A stretch of 63,534 bases of DNA, filler included, from Octopus bimaculoides (lineage: Eukaryota), in the NCBI RefSeq assembly GCF_001194135.2. It is 6 parts of 6 records of this genome, joined end to end, with 100 filler letters (N's around TTAATTAATTAA, not from the genome) between each part and the next. Parts side by side here need not be neighbours in the genome. Positions count along the whole stretch, not along the records: positions 1 to 25,585 come from NC_068987.1; 5 more parts are not named here. One strand, written 5' to 3'. The translations under genes and the position numbers were made by a program. The first letter of the stretch is position 1. The number at the start of each line of letters is the position of its first letter. Below the pieces are notes generated by a model that worked only from the letters and a program-made list of their open reading frames with translations, ran no database searches and was not told where the DNA came from. This document shows, piece by piece, positions 12,442 to 23,409 of the stretch.

Positions 12442-13097
12442 TACGAGGGAAAGTCAAAACTTATCTGCACTTTTGCCCCATAACATACCTTTATTCTTGT
12501 CACACTGCCTTCTGCGCATGTGTGCTTATAGTTGGTATTATTGTGGTCACGTGATCCAAGTTTGAGCCTGATCACGCCATTTTTCTTTCTGGCTTTATAG
12601 TGCAAGCATGGTCGCTCCACTAGCAATGTGCACCAAAGAAGGACAAAGAGCACTGACCCGATTTCTCTGGTCGGGAGGTGTGTCAGGTGCTGAAATTCAT
12701 CAGAGGCTTTTAGCGCAATATGGGGACAATGCACTACCGCATAGAAGTGAGTATGAGTGGATCGAGAAGCTTAAAAGTGGCCGGACAACATGACGCACGA
12801 AGAGGAAGCAGGACGCCTGTTAACCTCCACCACTGACGAGAAGATTCAGCTACCTCACTGATCATAACTCGCCGGTTGACCATTACCATCTCTCGAGCTT
12901 GCTGAATCTTCCCGTCAGTGGTGGAGGTCGACGGGCGTCCTTCTCCCTCTTCGTGCGTCACGCTTGTCCCCCTACTTTTAAACTTCTCGACCCACTCATA
13001 CACACTTCTACGTGGTAGTGCTGTTCCCGTATTGTGCTAAAAGCCTCTGATGAATTTCAGCAGCTGACACACTTTCCGACCAGAGAAATCGGGTCAG
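12442..13097. mobile_element. Mariner 5' end with transposase HTH region folded back on an inverted second copy
   Basis: TACGAGGG terminus at 12442. The + frame gives MVAPLAMCTKEGQRALTRFLWSGGVSGAEIHQRL...YEW; the - frame gives MYEWVEKFKSRGTSVTHEEGEGRPSTSTTD. Arms are 12653-12850 and 12901-13097. Confidence 0.85.
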
Positions 13098-13545
13098 TAG
13101 ATGACGGATGCGATGTAAGCATTCGCCACCTCCATCCGACCTTTCAAGGATAGCTTTCTCTCAGTTCATTTCTGGATGAGATTGGCCACCCAGCTCGCCA
13201 CCTCGTCCTAGTTCTTCTCCACCTGGAGATCTGGACCGAACCAGACCCCGAGCTATTTAACAGGCATGGACCTGCCTCTCCAGGTGCCCAGTTGCAGGCC
13301 CACTGACTTCCTCTGTCACCGCCTCGTATTCTTTTAGAGCAGTGCCGACCAGGTCTGTATGCCTGGTGTTCGACACTATGACTCGTATTAGTTCGCGCGG
13401 GATACCTCTCAACGCCTCCAGTTTCCAGGGCCATCACACACAGGAGAGACGAGAGAGGACACCCTTGATGGACCGTGCGCATGATATTGAATAGTTCCGA
13501 TAGGTAACCATTCATCCGAACTACCGATGGTAGGGACACAAACAG
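13098..13545 (-). mobile_element. L1/Tx1-like reverse-transcriptase fragment with internal deletion
   Basis: VVRMNGYLSELFNIMRTVHQGCPLSSLLCVMALE (RT motif) followed after ~170 bp by K*LGVWFGPDLQVEKN*DEVA...RKLSLKGRMEVANAYIASVI. Confidence 0.8.
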
Positions 13546-13918
13546 TCACACATACATACATACATACATACATACATACATACATANNNNNNNNNNNNNN
13601 NNNNNNNNNNNNNNNNNNNNNNNNNNNNNNNNNNNNNNNNNNNNNNNNNNNNNNNNNNNNNATATATATATATATAAGCTCGTCGAAACGCCGGTGTTAA
13701 AACGTGGGTAGCTGATGAAGTAGAATGTTCTCTATGTGGCTCGTGTGTTCTCGTCTACGTTTGTTTGCAATGTCCTGTACCCAGATATGCACCTATACAT
13801 ACAGGTGGATGTCGGTATGCACATACCTGTACGTATATATGCATATACTCATTTACTTTTGTTTATATATATATATATATATATATATATGCATATATCC
13901 TATGTAATTCTTCGGTCT

Positions 13919-14498
13919 TAAGGATTGTCGTGGCATTTTCTTTGGCCAGTTATTCGGTTGAAAACCTCTTCTACTATGCCAAAGCTTTTAACACGTGCGA
14001 TATACGATTTTACGTTCTATACATGCCTCAGGCATTTTTCGACCAGAGCTTGCGTGACTCTTTCTATCTTGCATGTTTTCAATGACATACATCTGTATAT
14101 TATTGTTCTCCGCCGTATCTCTTCCTGCACCTCTTCTGATGTGTTCAGGTTGACTGTCCGGCCAGTTCTTGTTAGATGCATCTTCGCTCTAGCCAAGTTG
14201 GTTTCTGACAATTTCACTTCTGTTCTGCGACACATTTCAGCGAATCCACTGTATGTTTGCTTAGAAGAAGCGAACGACGTTGTTGCTTTAATATTTTTTT
14301 TCTTCCTTCTTTGTGGTGGTGACGGTGGTGGTGAAATATGCAGGTGTTTGACGTGAAAGAATTCTTTTTTCTTTCTCTTCACTTTCCTGCGTTTTTTTTT
14401 TTTTTTGTTACTCTGGTTGGTCCACGTGATGGCAGTGGTGGTAGCAGTGTTAGTGTTCTCCTCCGCTCCCTCCTCCATGCCACCGTCGGTGTTCATGG

Positions 14499-14529
<31 letters not shown>

Positions 14530-14652
14530 GTTAGTGCTGCTGCTGCTACTGCTATTTTTCCTCTCTGTCTCAACCATATTTGATAGCGGAGGGAAAGAAA
14601 TTTCGAAAGCGCGGTTACAATAATTTTCAACACCCACGATTTCCGTGGCCAT
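13919..14652 (-). mobile_element. Probable ORF1 N-terminal part (low-complexity, basic, RRM-like) of the same L1/Tx1-like element; one in-frame TAG at 14017-14019
   Basis: 211-aa ORF MATEIVGVE...RRTIIYRCMSLKTCKIERVTQALVEKCLRHV*, continuing in frame as NVKSYIARVKSFGIVEEVFNRITGQRK. Same strand as, and upstream of, the Tx1-like RT. The ORF1 assignment is inference. Confidence 0.5.
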
Positions 14653-16403
14653 ATTGTAAATTTTGTTTAGATTTCTTTTTAAAAAGATGAAATTTTCAGT
14701 TATTAAAACTCAAAATTTGCGGGCGAATTTTTTGCCACCCCACCAAGCCCTGGTTGTGGCGAGCTTCGTTACAAAGACAACAGTTCAACAAAGTTTGGAA
14801 AAACAAAAGGTAAAACAACAAATTTAAAGAAAATTTAACACACCTCTGAACACGCAGCCGATAGATCTAGACACAAATGATAATAATAATCCTTTCTATT
14901 ATAGGTACAAAGCCTAAAATTTAGGGGGAAGAGGCTAGTCGATTACATCGACCCCAGTAAACAACTGGTACTTAATTTATCGACCCTGAAGGATGAAAGG
15001 CAAAGTCAACCTCGGCGGAATTTGAACTCGGAATGTTCACACGGACGAAATACCGCTAAGCATTTCGTCCGACCTGCTAACGATTCTGCCAGCTCGCCTC
15101 CTTAATAAATAAATAAATAAATTAATTAATTAATTAATTAATTAATAATAATAATAATAATAATAATTGTTTCGAATTTTGGCACAAGACTTGCAATCAC
15201 ATCGCCCCTCCCCTCGCTCCTGAGCCGGTTCCTATTTTACTGAACCCAAAACGATGAAAGGCAAAGTTTTCTCGGTAGGGTTTAAGCTCAGAAAATAGAG
15301 AGTCAGAAGAAATGCAATTAAGTATTGAAACATTCCTCAACTATAAATAAATGCCCACTTATCATATACCATTGAACTGTATCTTTTGTGAGAAAACTAT
15401 TTCACTCAGGAGAGTATGGGCACTATCGTAAGCTATTTACTACGATCTCTTGTATCATGATGACAGCATATGATGCAAACACAAGTGCCAAAAGCAGATC
15501 TTACTACTTTGATAAATTTGGTCAGTGGTATATTTATAGAATTATCAAACATGCAGTCGTAAGATTATATTCAATGTTTCGTAAAGGTTTGTTGCAAAGG
15601 TTTGTTGCAAAGGTTTGTTGCAAAGGTTTGTCTCATCCATTTTCTTGCTTAGTGAAAAGAAACGGTATTGAAGCTCAAGATTTAATAATGATTTAATTTG
15701 AAACGCATTCCATATTTTGGTAGCGTAATATTCTAAGCAACATCTTTTCTCTGTGACCGTTGGCAACTTGAACTGGATAAAGATTAAAGCAGTTTCTGAG
15801 ACATAATTGAAAGATGTTAACCCCTTCAGTTACGGATGATAAAGTAAAACTATTTTTTTTTAAATTTTTTATTTATACCAAAATACTGGTATAATTTATA
15901 CCAAAATATTGAGTAAATTTTTGAGTAAATATTGAGTAAAATTTATACTAAAATATTGAGTAAATTTTTAAAGAATTCAATATACAATATGCTTAATATT
16001 CAGTGTGGATAAATAAAAATTTTGCTTACACTAGGTAAAAATACCAGTTTACTTACATTTGTGGGGTTTACAAGAAGACGCAGCTATCCTTCATGACTTT
16101 TGAGCAAACACTGAGTCAGAATCACATGGTCTTGGTTATATATGAGTTTTAGAGGTGTCCAATGAGTTGGTAACTGTGACTCAACTGAATTATAATTTAT
16201 ATTTCTTTTGTAATTTATGCTGAAAAATTGTCCAATTCATTGGAGGGTTTGAACAAGCTAAAACTAGGTGTTGGGATGATAATTTAATCACGCAAGATCT
16301 GAGTTTGTAGATATATCCGTTCTTTTATTAATAATCAATGTAGGTCAGTCAATGTAGAATTAAATGCTAAATCTTCTTTGTATTTTTTCTTCTTGTTTTG
16401 CAG

Positions 16404-16838
16404 TATTAAATAATGGCATAAAAACAATAATTTTTCTTAATTCAACTTGGACCGACTATGAGATTTCCTCGTGGAATTTGACAGACGACAACGTCAGCAA
16501 CAAAAGTAGAACTCCTTTATCATCGCACGTCATTGTAAATTCAAAATCAGAGATGGTTACTACGGAAGAAAACAGTACCTCACAAACCGTACCCTTGTCT
16601 GAGATGTGTAAGATCGCAGAAGAATATAGCAACTGGAATTTTGAGTATAAGTATTCAGTTGAGTATTTAAAGGAAGTAGTTTGCAAATGCTACGGAGCCT
16701 GTAATATGGTAAAACCGGATATGGATCATATAAAGAAACTAAAAGAGGAATATGAGAATCCATTAGCTCCACATAACATCGTACAATTTCTTCTTGTCAT
16801 GTGCTCATACTCTTTCCTGCTGTTGATTGGCTTCATAG
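16404..16838 (+). CDS. Class A GPCR, exon encoding the N-terminal ectodomain and TM1
   Basis: Acceptor ttcttgttttgcag at 16403; open frame with five N-x-S/T sequons ending ...NIVQFLLVMCSYSFLLLIGFIG; phase-1 donor ATAG|gtatgt. Joins the next exon to form the TM1 GN motif. The start codon is uncertain (internal MVTTEE or an upstream exon). Confidence 0.8.
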
Positions 16839-17029
16839 GTATGTTCTAGATTGATTTATATATATATTTATTATTATTATTATTATTTTCATAAATATTT
16901 TTTTTATTTTATTATATCTTCGTTTCGAAGTTTCAGTTGTTTTTCTTTGATAAAAACGTGCGTCGTAAATAGCATGGCTTTAAGACATCGCCTTATGTTG
17001 GAAAGTTCATAAACAGTAATGAAGTACAC

Positions 17030-17470
17030 ACCAACATACCATGAAGTACATACCATGAAGTACATACCATGAAGTACATACCATGAAGTACATACCATGA
17101 AGTACATACCAACATATCATGTACACTCACTATACGAGTGCATGCGTGCACGCACGCACACATGCATACATCAAATAATCCAGAAAACCACAAGTCCAAA
17201 GAACTGTCTTGATTTGAAGAAAAAAGCCTTCCAACTTTGTTGACCGGCTTGAATTCTGAAAAGGTAAAAAACTTAAATCCCAAAGAAACATACATACATA
17301 CATACATACATACATACAAGCATGCATACGAGCATGCATACATACAAGTATGCATACGAGCATGCATACATACAAGTATGCATACGAGCATGCATACATA
17401 CAAGTATGCATACAAGCATGCATACATACATACAAGCACACATACATACATGCATGCATGCATACATACA
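17030..17470. repeat. Minisatellites: 14-bp unit ATACCATGAAGTAC x5 (~17035-17108) and 28-bp unit GCATGCATACATACAAGTATGCATACGA x~3 (~17330-17420) within (ATAC)n
   Basis: Direct reading. Confidence 0.9.
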
Positions 17471-17509
17471 TAGACAGAGGCGCAGGGATAACAGCAAAAT
17501 GAGATAACC

Positions 17510-18156
17510 GATACAGACTTTGTGGAGTTAACACCGAAGGTATCATAAAGCAGTTGTCACTGTATTATCTATCTATGAGGCATGATGTTGTAGCTAGGAC
17601 ACTGTATTATGAGATCCGTCAGAAGGATAACCTCGGGACCAAAGAAATAAGAACCCACAGTATGATAGAAGCCATAGCCACTCATAATAAAAAGGAGTGC
17701 TGGTGAAATGTCCTACTGAAAACAGCTATAAAATGTAGACATAATAGACCTGACATAGTAATTTGGGATAGAGAAGAGAAACTATGTACAGTTGTGGAAA
17801 TAAGCTGCCAAGCGGATGTTAACATAAAGCTACAGATCAGGGAAAAAGAAAATACCTACGCTGAATTATTGAGGAATCTGCAATTAGTCTATCCTGATAA
17901 CAAGTTCAGGTTTACACCTGTAGTTATTGGAGCACTGGAATATGTAACGCATTACCCAAATACCAATCTTGAGAAATTAGGCTTTTCAAAACCAGAAAGG
18001 AGAAAGCTGATTCGAAGACTACAGATTCGAGACATCACTGAAACTGTAAAAATCTGTAAAGCTTACCAGAAATTTATCGTTTAAGTATATATGAGCATGT
18101 CTAGAAATGCAACTGCATGCATGGGAATACAAACTTAAAACTAAACATACAAATCT

Positions 18157-18197
<41 letters not shown>

Positions 18198-18200
18198 TAC
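17510..18200 (+). mobile_element. 3' fragment of a second RLE LINE subfamily (RHD...RPDIV...VEIS); same subfamily on the minus strand at ~59050-59500
   Basis: RHDVVARTLYYEI...HNRPDIVIWDREEKLCTVVEISCQADVNIKLQIREKENTYAELL...VKICKAYQKFIV*, a PD-(D/E)xK-type endonuclease. Confidence 0.85.
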
Positions 18201-18479
18201 ATACATACATATCCTGTTAATGTTGAAATTCCAATGAAACCGGTTCTTTCTCTGTTGGCAAGAAATTTTAAACTAAAACTGAATAATGACACATTTCTTA
18301 AGCCAAAATATAAATTTATAACTTCACACAATTAGGAATGTGCCAGCTTAACGGAACTTATCATATAACTTAATTAGCATATTACTTCATCATATAAATT
18401 TTTAAAATTATTTCCACCAACACATACTGATTATATCAACCATATGTAAATTTTATTATTTATCTCTTCTCACTGGCAG

Positions 18480-18601
18480 GTAATATGACAACTATTTGCG
18501 GTCTTATTTTTTGGGTGAAATCAAAAGCACCAACAATATATTTCATTTTAAGTTTAACATCAGCTGACCTCATTCTTGTAGTGGTTTGTATCCCTATTAA
18601 G
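18480..18601 (+). CDS. Class A GPCR, exon encoding end of TM1, ICL1 and TM2
   Basis: Acceptor tatctcttctcactggcag and donor AAG|gtaagt. Translates (G)NMTTICGLIFWVKSKAPTIYFILSLTSADLILVVVCIPIK, with GN1.50, the LxxAD2.50 motif and the CxP of peptide receptors. Phase matches the upstream exon. Confidence 0.9.
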
Positions 18602-18813
18602 GTAAGTTTTCACATTGTTTATTTATACTTTATAAACTGTTATTAGAGTAGTGAAATTTCTACCAATAGTAAGAACTACTTGTTCAGCCACTACAGATAT
18701 GAGTGGCGGAAGCGGTGAGATTGGCAAAGCGCTTTATTAAGTGTATTCAGCTACTTCCCCTGTTTTGTTTCAGTTTCATCTGTCGTCAATGCGACAAATG
18801 CTATTTAACAACA

Positions 18814-20484
18814 TATCAGTTGAGTGAAAAGTAAGCAACGTTTTAAAACATGAAAATCATCACAATATATTTCAACAATGCGGAAATGTTATTCATCAAA
18901 GTAAAGACCATTACACTCAACACATTTTTGCCAACGAGTTACAAGTTTGTTTATTCCGTTAACATAAAAATCTGGAGTTCTGGAGCTGATTAACTCTTTG
19001 GACGCACTTTCAGCATCGGTTTGATTTTTGAACTCCTTCTCTCGCGAGAAACCATCAAGGTGCTTGAAAAAAGTGATAGTCGGTAGGAGAAAGGTCTGGA
19101 GAATTACTACGGCACTCCGTCGGTTATGACGACGAGGGTTCCAGTTGATCCAATCAACGGAACAGCCTGTTCGTGAAATTAACGTGCAAGTGGCTGAGCA
19201 TTCCACAGACATGTGTACCATTAACGTAGTTCTAGGGAGATTCAGCGTGACACAGGGTGTGACAAGGCTGACCCTTTGAAATACAGGTACAAGAAAAACA
19301 GGAAGAAAGAGTGAAAGAAAGTTGTGGTGAAAGAGTACAGCAGGGTTTGCCACGTCCCCTACCGGAGCTTCGTGGAGCTTTGTGTGTTTTCGCTCAATAA
19401 ACACTCACAACACCCGGTGGGGGGAACCAAATCCGCGATCCTATGACCGGGAGTCCGCTGCTCTAACCACTGGGCCATTGCGCCTTTACTCTGGGGAATA
19501 AGTTGAGTGGGGAAGAACTTCGTAGCCAAGTTCCCTCAACTTCTGGAACGTCATTAGTGAAACATATGGTCGAGCATTGTCATGAAGAATGATTGGCCCT
19601 CTTCTGTTGACAAGTCTGGGACGGAAGAGTAGCAATTTTTCGTTCATTTTGGCAATTTCATGGCAATATGTTTCTGCGGTAATGGTTTTTCTGGATTTTA
19701 AGAATTGATAGTGGATGAGTCCAGAAGTACGTTACCAAACAGTCTTGAAGAGCTCGGGTTTAGGGAAGGTTTTCGGTGCTTCATTTTGGTCCTATCACTA
19801 CGAAGACCGTTTCTTATTATTGTACAGAATCCACTTTTCATCGCAAGTTACAATACGGTTGAGAAATGGATCGGTCTGATTACGAAGAAGAAGCGACCAA
19901 CAAATTTCATATTTGCACATTTTCTGATTTTCATTCAAATCGTATGGTACCCATTAGTCGAGTGTTTTTGATTATCCGATCGCATTCAAATGGTTGCAGG
20001 CAATTTTCTGGCTAACTTCAAGTTCTTTTGTCTGTTCTCAAGTGGTTTTACGTGGATCTTTATCAATAACGGTCTCTAATTGACCGTCATCGACGACAGA
20101 TGGGCGTCCGCTACGCTCACGATCTTTAAGGCTCAGGTCTCCACTGCTAAATCGCTTAAACCATTTTCGAGCTGGCAACTCACTGGTCATTTCGTCACCA
20201 AACGTTTCCTTGATATCGCGAGCAGTTTCAGCTGCTTTACATCCTTTCTTGAAGTTGAATAGCAAAATTGCTCGAATATTGCGCTTTGACAGTTCCATTT
20301 CAGATGATTGTAATAACGGTGTAAAAAATATCAATGTTAATTTATTGATGCATTTGGGCAAGTCTGTGTCTGTATTATCAGACAATTTCAAGAAAATGTT
20401 TAAAAAAAAATTCAAAGCTCTGCAAAAATTCGGTACAAATTCTTCATGGCTCAAAATGTTACTTACTTTTTGCTCAACTTGATA
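18814..20484 (-). mobile_element. Full-length degenerate mariner (~1.29 kb after removing the SINE), in the intron after GPCR exon 2
   Basis: Imperfect TIRs TATCAGTTGAGTGAAAAGTAAGCAAC and TATCAAGTTGAGCAAAAAGTAAGTAAC. Transposase MELSKRNIRAILLF...RSGRPSVVDD...WVP...RIVTCDEKWILY...PTITFFKHL...YFDE* with stops. Confidence 0.9.
19105..19489 (-). mobile_element. Family B SINE inserted in the mariner YSPDL motif, 10-bp TSD
   Basis: TCTGGAGAAT (19095-19104) and TCTGGGGAAT (19490-19499) flank it; the second mariner copy (57540-57565) is uninterrupted here. Confidence 0.85.
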
Positions 20485-23202
20485 CTATAATACAGATATC
20501 GAGATTGATTCATCTGATTTTATCTCTCCACGTGGATTAAGCTTACATTTAAATAATAACTGAATAATTGTTTCTAGTTTAGGTAGGGGTTAAGTTGAGA
20601 TTCCAATATTTCAGTACTTTATTTTATTGACACTGGCGAGATGAAAGGCAATGTTGACACTGATGGTATTTGACTTTAGAACGTAAAAGGTTCGAAAAGA
20701 ATATAGCACTGCATTTTGTTCGACGCTCTAACGATTCTGCCACTTCATCACCTTTCGCTTCTAAATAATAATTGCATCTGATTTCAACACAAGGCCAGTA
20801 ATTTTGACGAGAGGATATTAATCGATTACATCATCTCCACGACATCAGACTGGTACTTTATTTTATCGATCTTGTGGAGGTGAAAGGCAAAGATGACCGC
20901 GGCAGAATTTGAAATCAGAACTAAAGAGCCGGAACCAATATTCTTTTCTTTCTGTAAGCACAACCCCTTAAATTTGTGGGGAGGGGATTAGTCAATTACA
21001 TAGATCCCAGTGCTCGGCTGGTATTTACTTTATTAACGACACCCCCCCCTCCACCAAAAAAGGATGAAAAGTAAAGTCGACGATCTCAGAAGAAATGCCT
21101 CTAAGCACTTTGTCCGGCTTGCTAACGGTTCTACCGGTTCGCGGCCCCAGCCAAAACCATTAATAGTCATTTCTACTATAGACACAAGGCCTGATATTTT
21201 GTGGAGAGGTGCTAGTCGATTACATTGACCTCAGTACAAAACTGATACTTCTGCCAGCTCGCTGCCTTATCAAAACCATTAATAATGAAAGGTAATATTT
21301 TAAATGAAGTTAAGGCGGCGAGCCGGCAGAATTGTTAGAACGTTGGGAAAAGTACTTAGTGGCATTTCGTCAGCCTTTACGTTCTGAGTTCAAATTCCGA
21401 CGAGGCCGACTTTGCATTTCATCCTTCTGGGTCGATAAAATAAGTACCAGTTGAGTACTGCAGTCAATGTAATCGACTTACCTATTCTGTAAAATTGCTG
21501 GCCTTGTGCCAAAATTTGAAACCAATATTTTAAGTGAACTGTGGCGAAGGCTCTTGAGGAGAAGGTAAATTTTCTGAGTCTCGAAATTACTATGCGGTTT
21601 CAAATATTCAGTTGAATCTATTCCATTTCATTTGGTCAGTAAATTCAATGCAAAACATCACACTCTACTCCGTTTAACACTAATGGGAAAATGGGTGTTA
21701 TGATATTACTAAATGGTGGAGAAAATTAGGAGTGTCACCTCCTCACCATTTTCCCATCCTATAGTAATATGAAACATTATGCCTAGCAACGCGAATACTT
21801 TTTTGATAATTAGTGCTTCGATAACTTGCGGTGTTGAGCTTCGAAACGGTACACGAACCCTTCTACAGTATTTAGTCTGTCTGAGATCAGAATTGCCAAT
21901 AGCTTTTCTCATCCATTGTATCAAATTCTTGGTCCTCATCTGTGCTGGCGTGTGTGTGTGTTGACTCATGAGCAACAGTCCATCCCACTATTAACTCATC
22001 ACATTCACAATTGTAATACCATGAAGGATTCCATGGCAACGATGAATTCATAACATTACCTGCAACAGCAAAAACAGAAGCAGTAACAGTAACAGTAACA
22101 CTGTTTTCACATTGCTAACACTACATAATATATTGATTTTGATACAAGCCCATAATTTTGTAGTTAAAGAATATAGTTACTTGAATCGATCCCCATTACT
22201 TGATTCGTACTTATTTTATCAGTGCCGTACAGAGTAAAGTTAATCTCAGAGTATAAAGGAACATAAGTTAGTATCACAAAGGTGTTCATATCCAGCAGTT
22301 GACTTATTTCCTTTCCTTACATTCATTACCCCTCTGCCCTTAGTACCTTATATAATAATCCATAGGTATTCTGTAACACTGACCATTTCAGAAGCGATTT
22401 AGCAATGTTTCGTGCATGAAAATTGAAAAGAAAATGTATACTGATTGATAGAAAACGAATGCATAGGATTTGGCATAAAACTAATTTCAAGTGAGACTTG
22501 CACCGACTAACTTCGACCGTGGGTGTCATTTAATTATGATCTGCTGAAAATCGATCACATGTATATTAGTTAACAGCGGTAGCAACATTAGGTACATGAA
22601 AACTATGTAGTGCAATAAATTTGTTTACTTTGTAAGAACTTTCAATAAACCTCTCTCTGTTTCTCTCTATCTATCTATCGTCTGATTGTCTGTCTGTCTA
22701 CCAATCTATCTAAATCTATGTCAACATCAGCTCTTTTTAATAATGCTTTGTTTACACGATAGACAAAGAGGCCATGCTCAACAGGCAAACATTTACATGG
22801 TCAACAAACATCAAGTTCCAGATGAATGCCTACTTGAGATTGCTTTGAATTAGATTGTACGAGATACTAGGTATTTCAAATTATCCTTTCACTGGTTTTC
22901 GTAATTACACTACGACCTTACTTTGACACCACGTTCAAGGGCTTTAGTCAATCATAACAATAATCTTTCTGTCGCCTTTTACAAATAGTGCAAGTCTTGC
23001 CGACACAAACTACAACCAGTCTCCTTGGATTCTGATTTTATTTAAAATCTAAGAGCTGAGTTTGTGTGGAACTGAGCAAAGCCCAAATTCTCGGCGATAC
23101 AATTAAAAGTTACAAGAAGTCGCTCCAAGGTAACCTTCTTTACAATGCTATACGATGGTAAAGTCTGAGTGGGTTATTAGGAAAAACTGAATGGGCGTGG
23201 AT

Positions 23203-23252
23203 CTTCGTCTCTGAAGAGACTAAATCAGGTCGAAACGCCAGTTTCTGACGAT
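23203..23252 (+). ncRNA. Degenerate minimal type I hammerhead ribozyme motif (Penelope-like terminal repeat)
   Basis: TTCGTCT-CTGAAGA-GAC taaatcag GTC-GAAAC-gccagt-TTC-TGACGA. Core and stem II are intact; the G of the GUC site is mutated and stem I has one mismatch. Confidence 0.55.
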
Positions 23253-23376
23253 TTGACGACGATTTTCTGAGCAAGCTTTGTGTTTATAATAATCTAAGAG
23301 AAGTTTCTCTGAAACAAAATATTACGTTCCACGTTTATGTATACACTGGAAATGTTATACACGTCGTTATTCTTAC

Positions 23377-23409
23377 CTTTTAGTTACTTTTCTTTTTTGT
23401 ATCAGTGCC
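23377..23409 (-). CDS. Candidate 33-nt micro-exon, possibly of the PAN-domain gene
   Basis: Strong acceptor tttatttctattttacag and donor AAG|gtaaga. Reads ALIQKRKVTK in the phase-2 frame or G-H-stop in the phase-1 frame. No transcript evidence. Confidence 0.35.

Noticed and set aside
13680-13725. GAAAC...CTGATGA as a type II hammerhead
   Set aside because: Stem I cannot form, so it is kept only as a fragment of the PLE-type repeat.
17030-17110. Regularly spaced short repeats (also 30620-30790 and 52264-52690) as a CRISPR-like array
   Set aside because: No unique spacers, no cas genes and a eukaryotic context; they are plain minisatellites or SINE tandems.
18690-18836. Possible GPCR TM3 exon ending at GAAAA|gtaagc
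   Set aside because: No frame is both open and preceded by an acceptor, and the apparent donor lies inside the mariner TIR starting at 18814.
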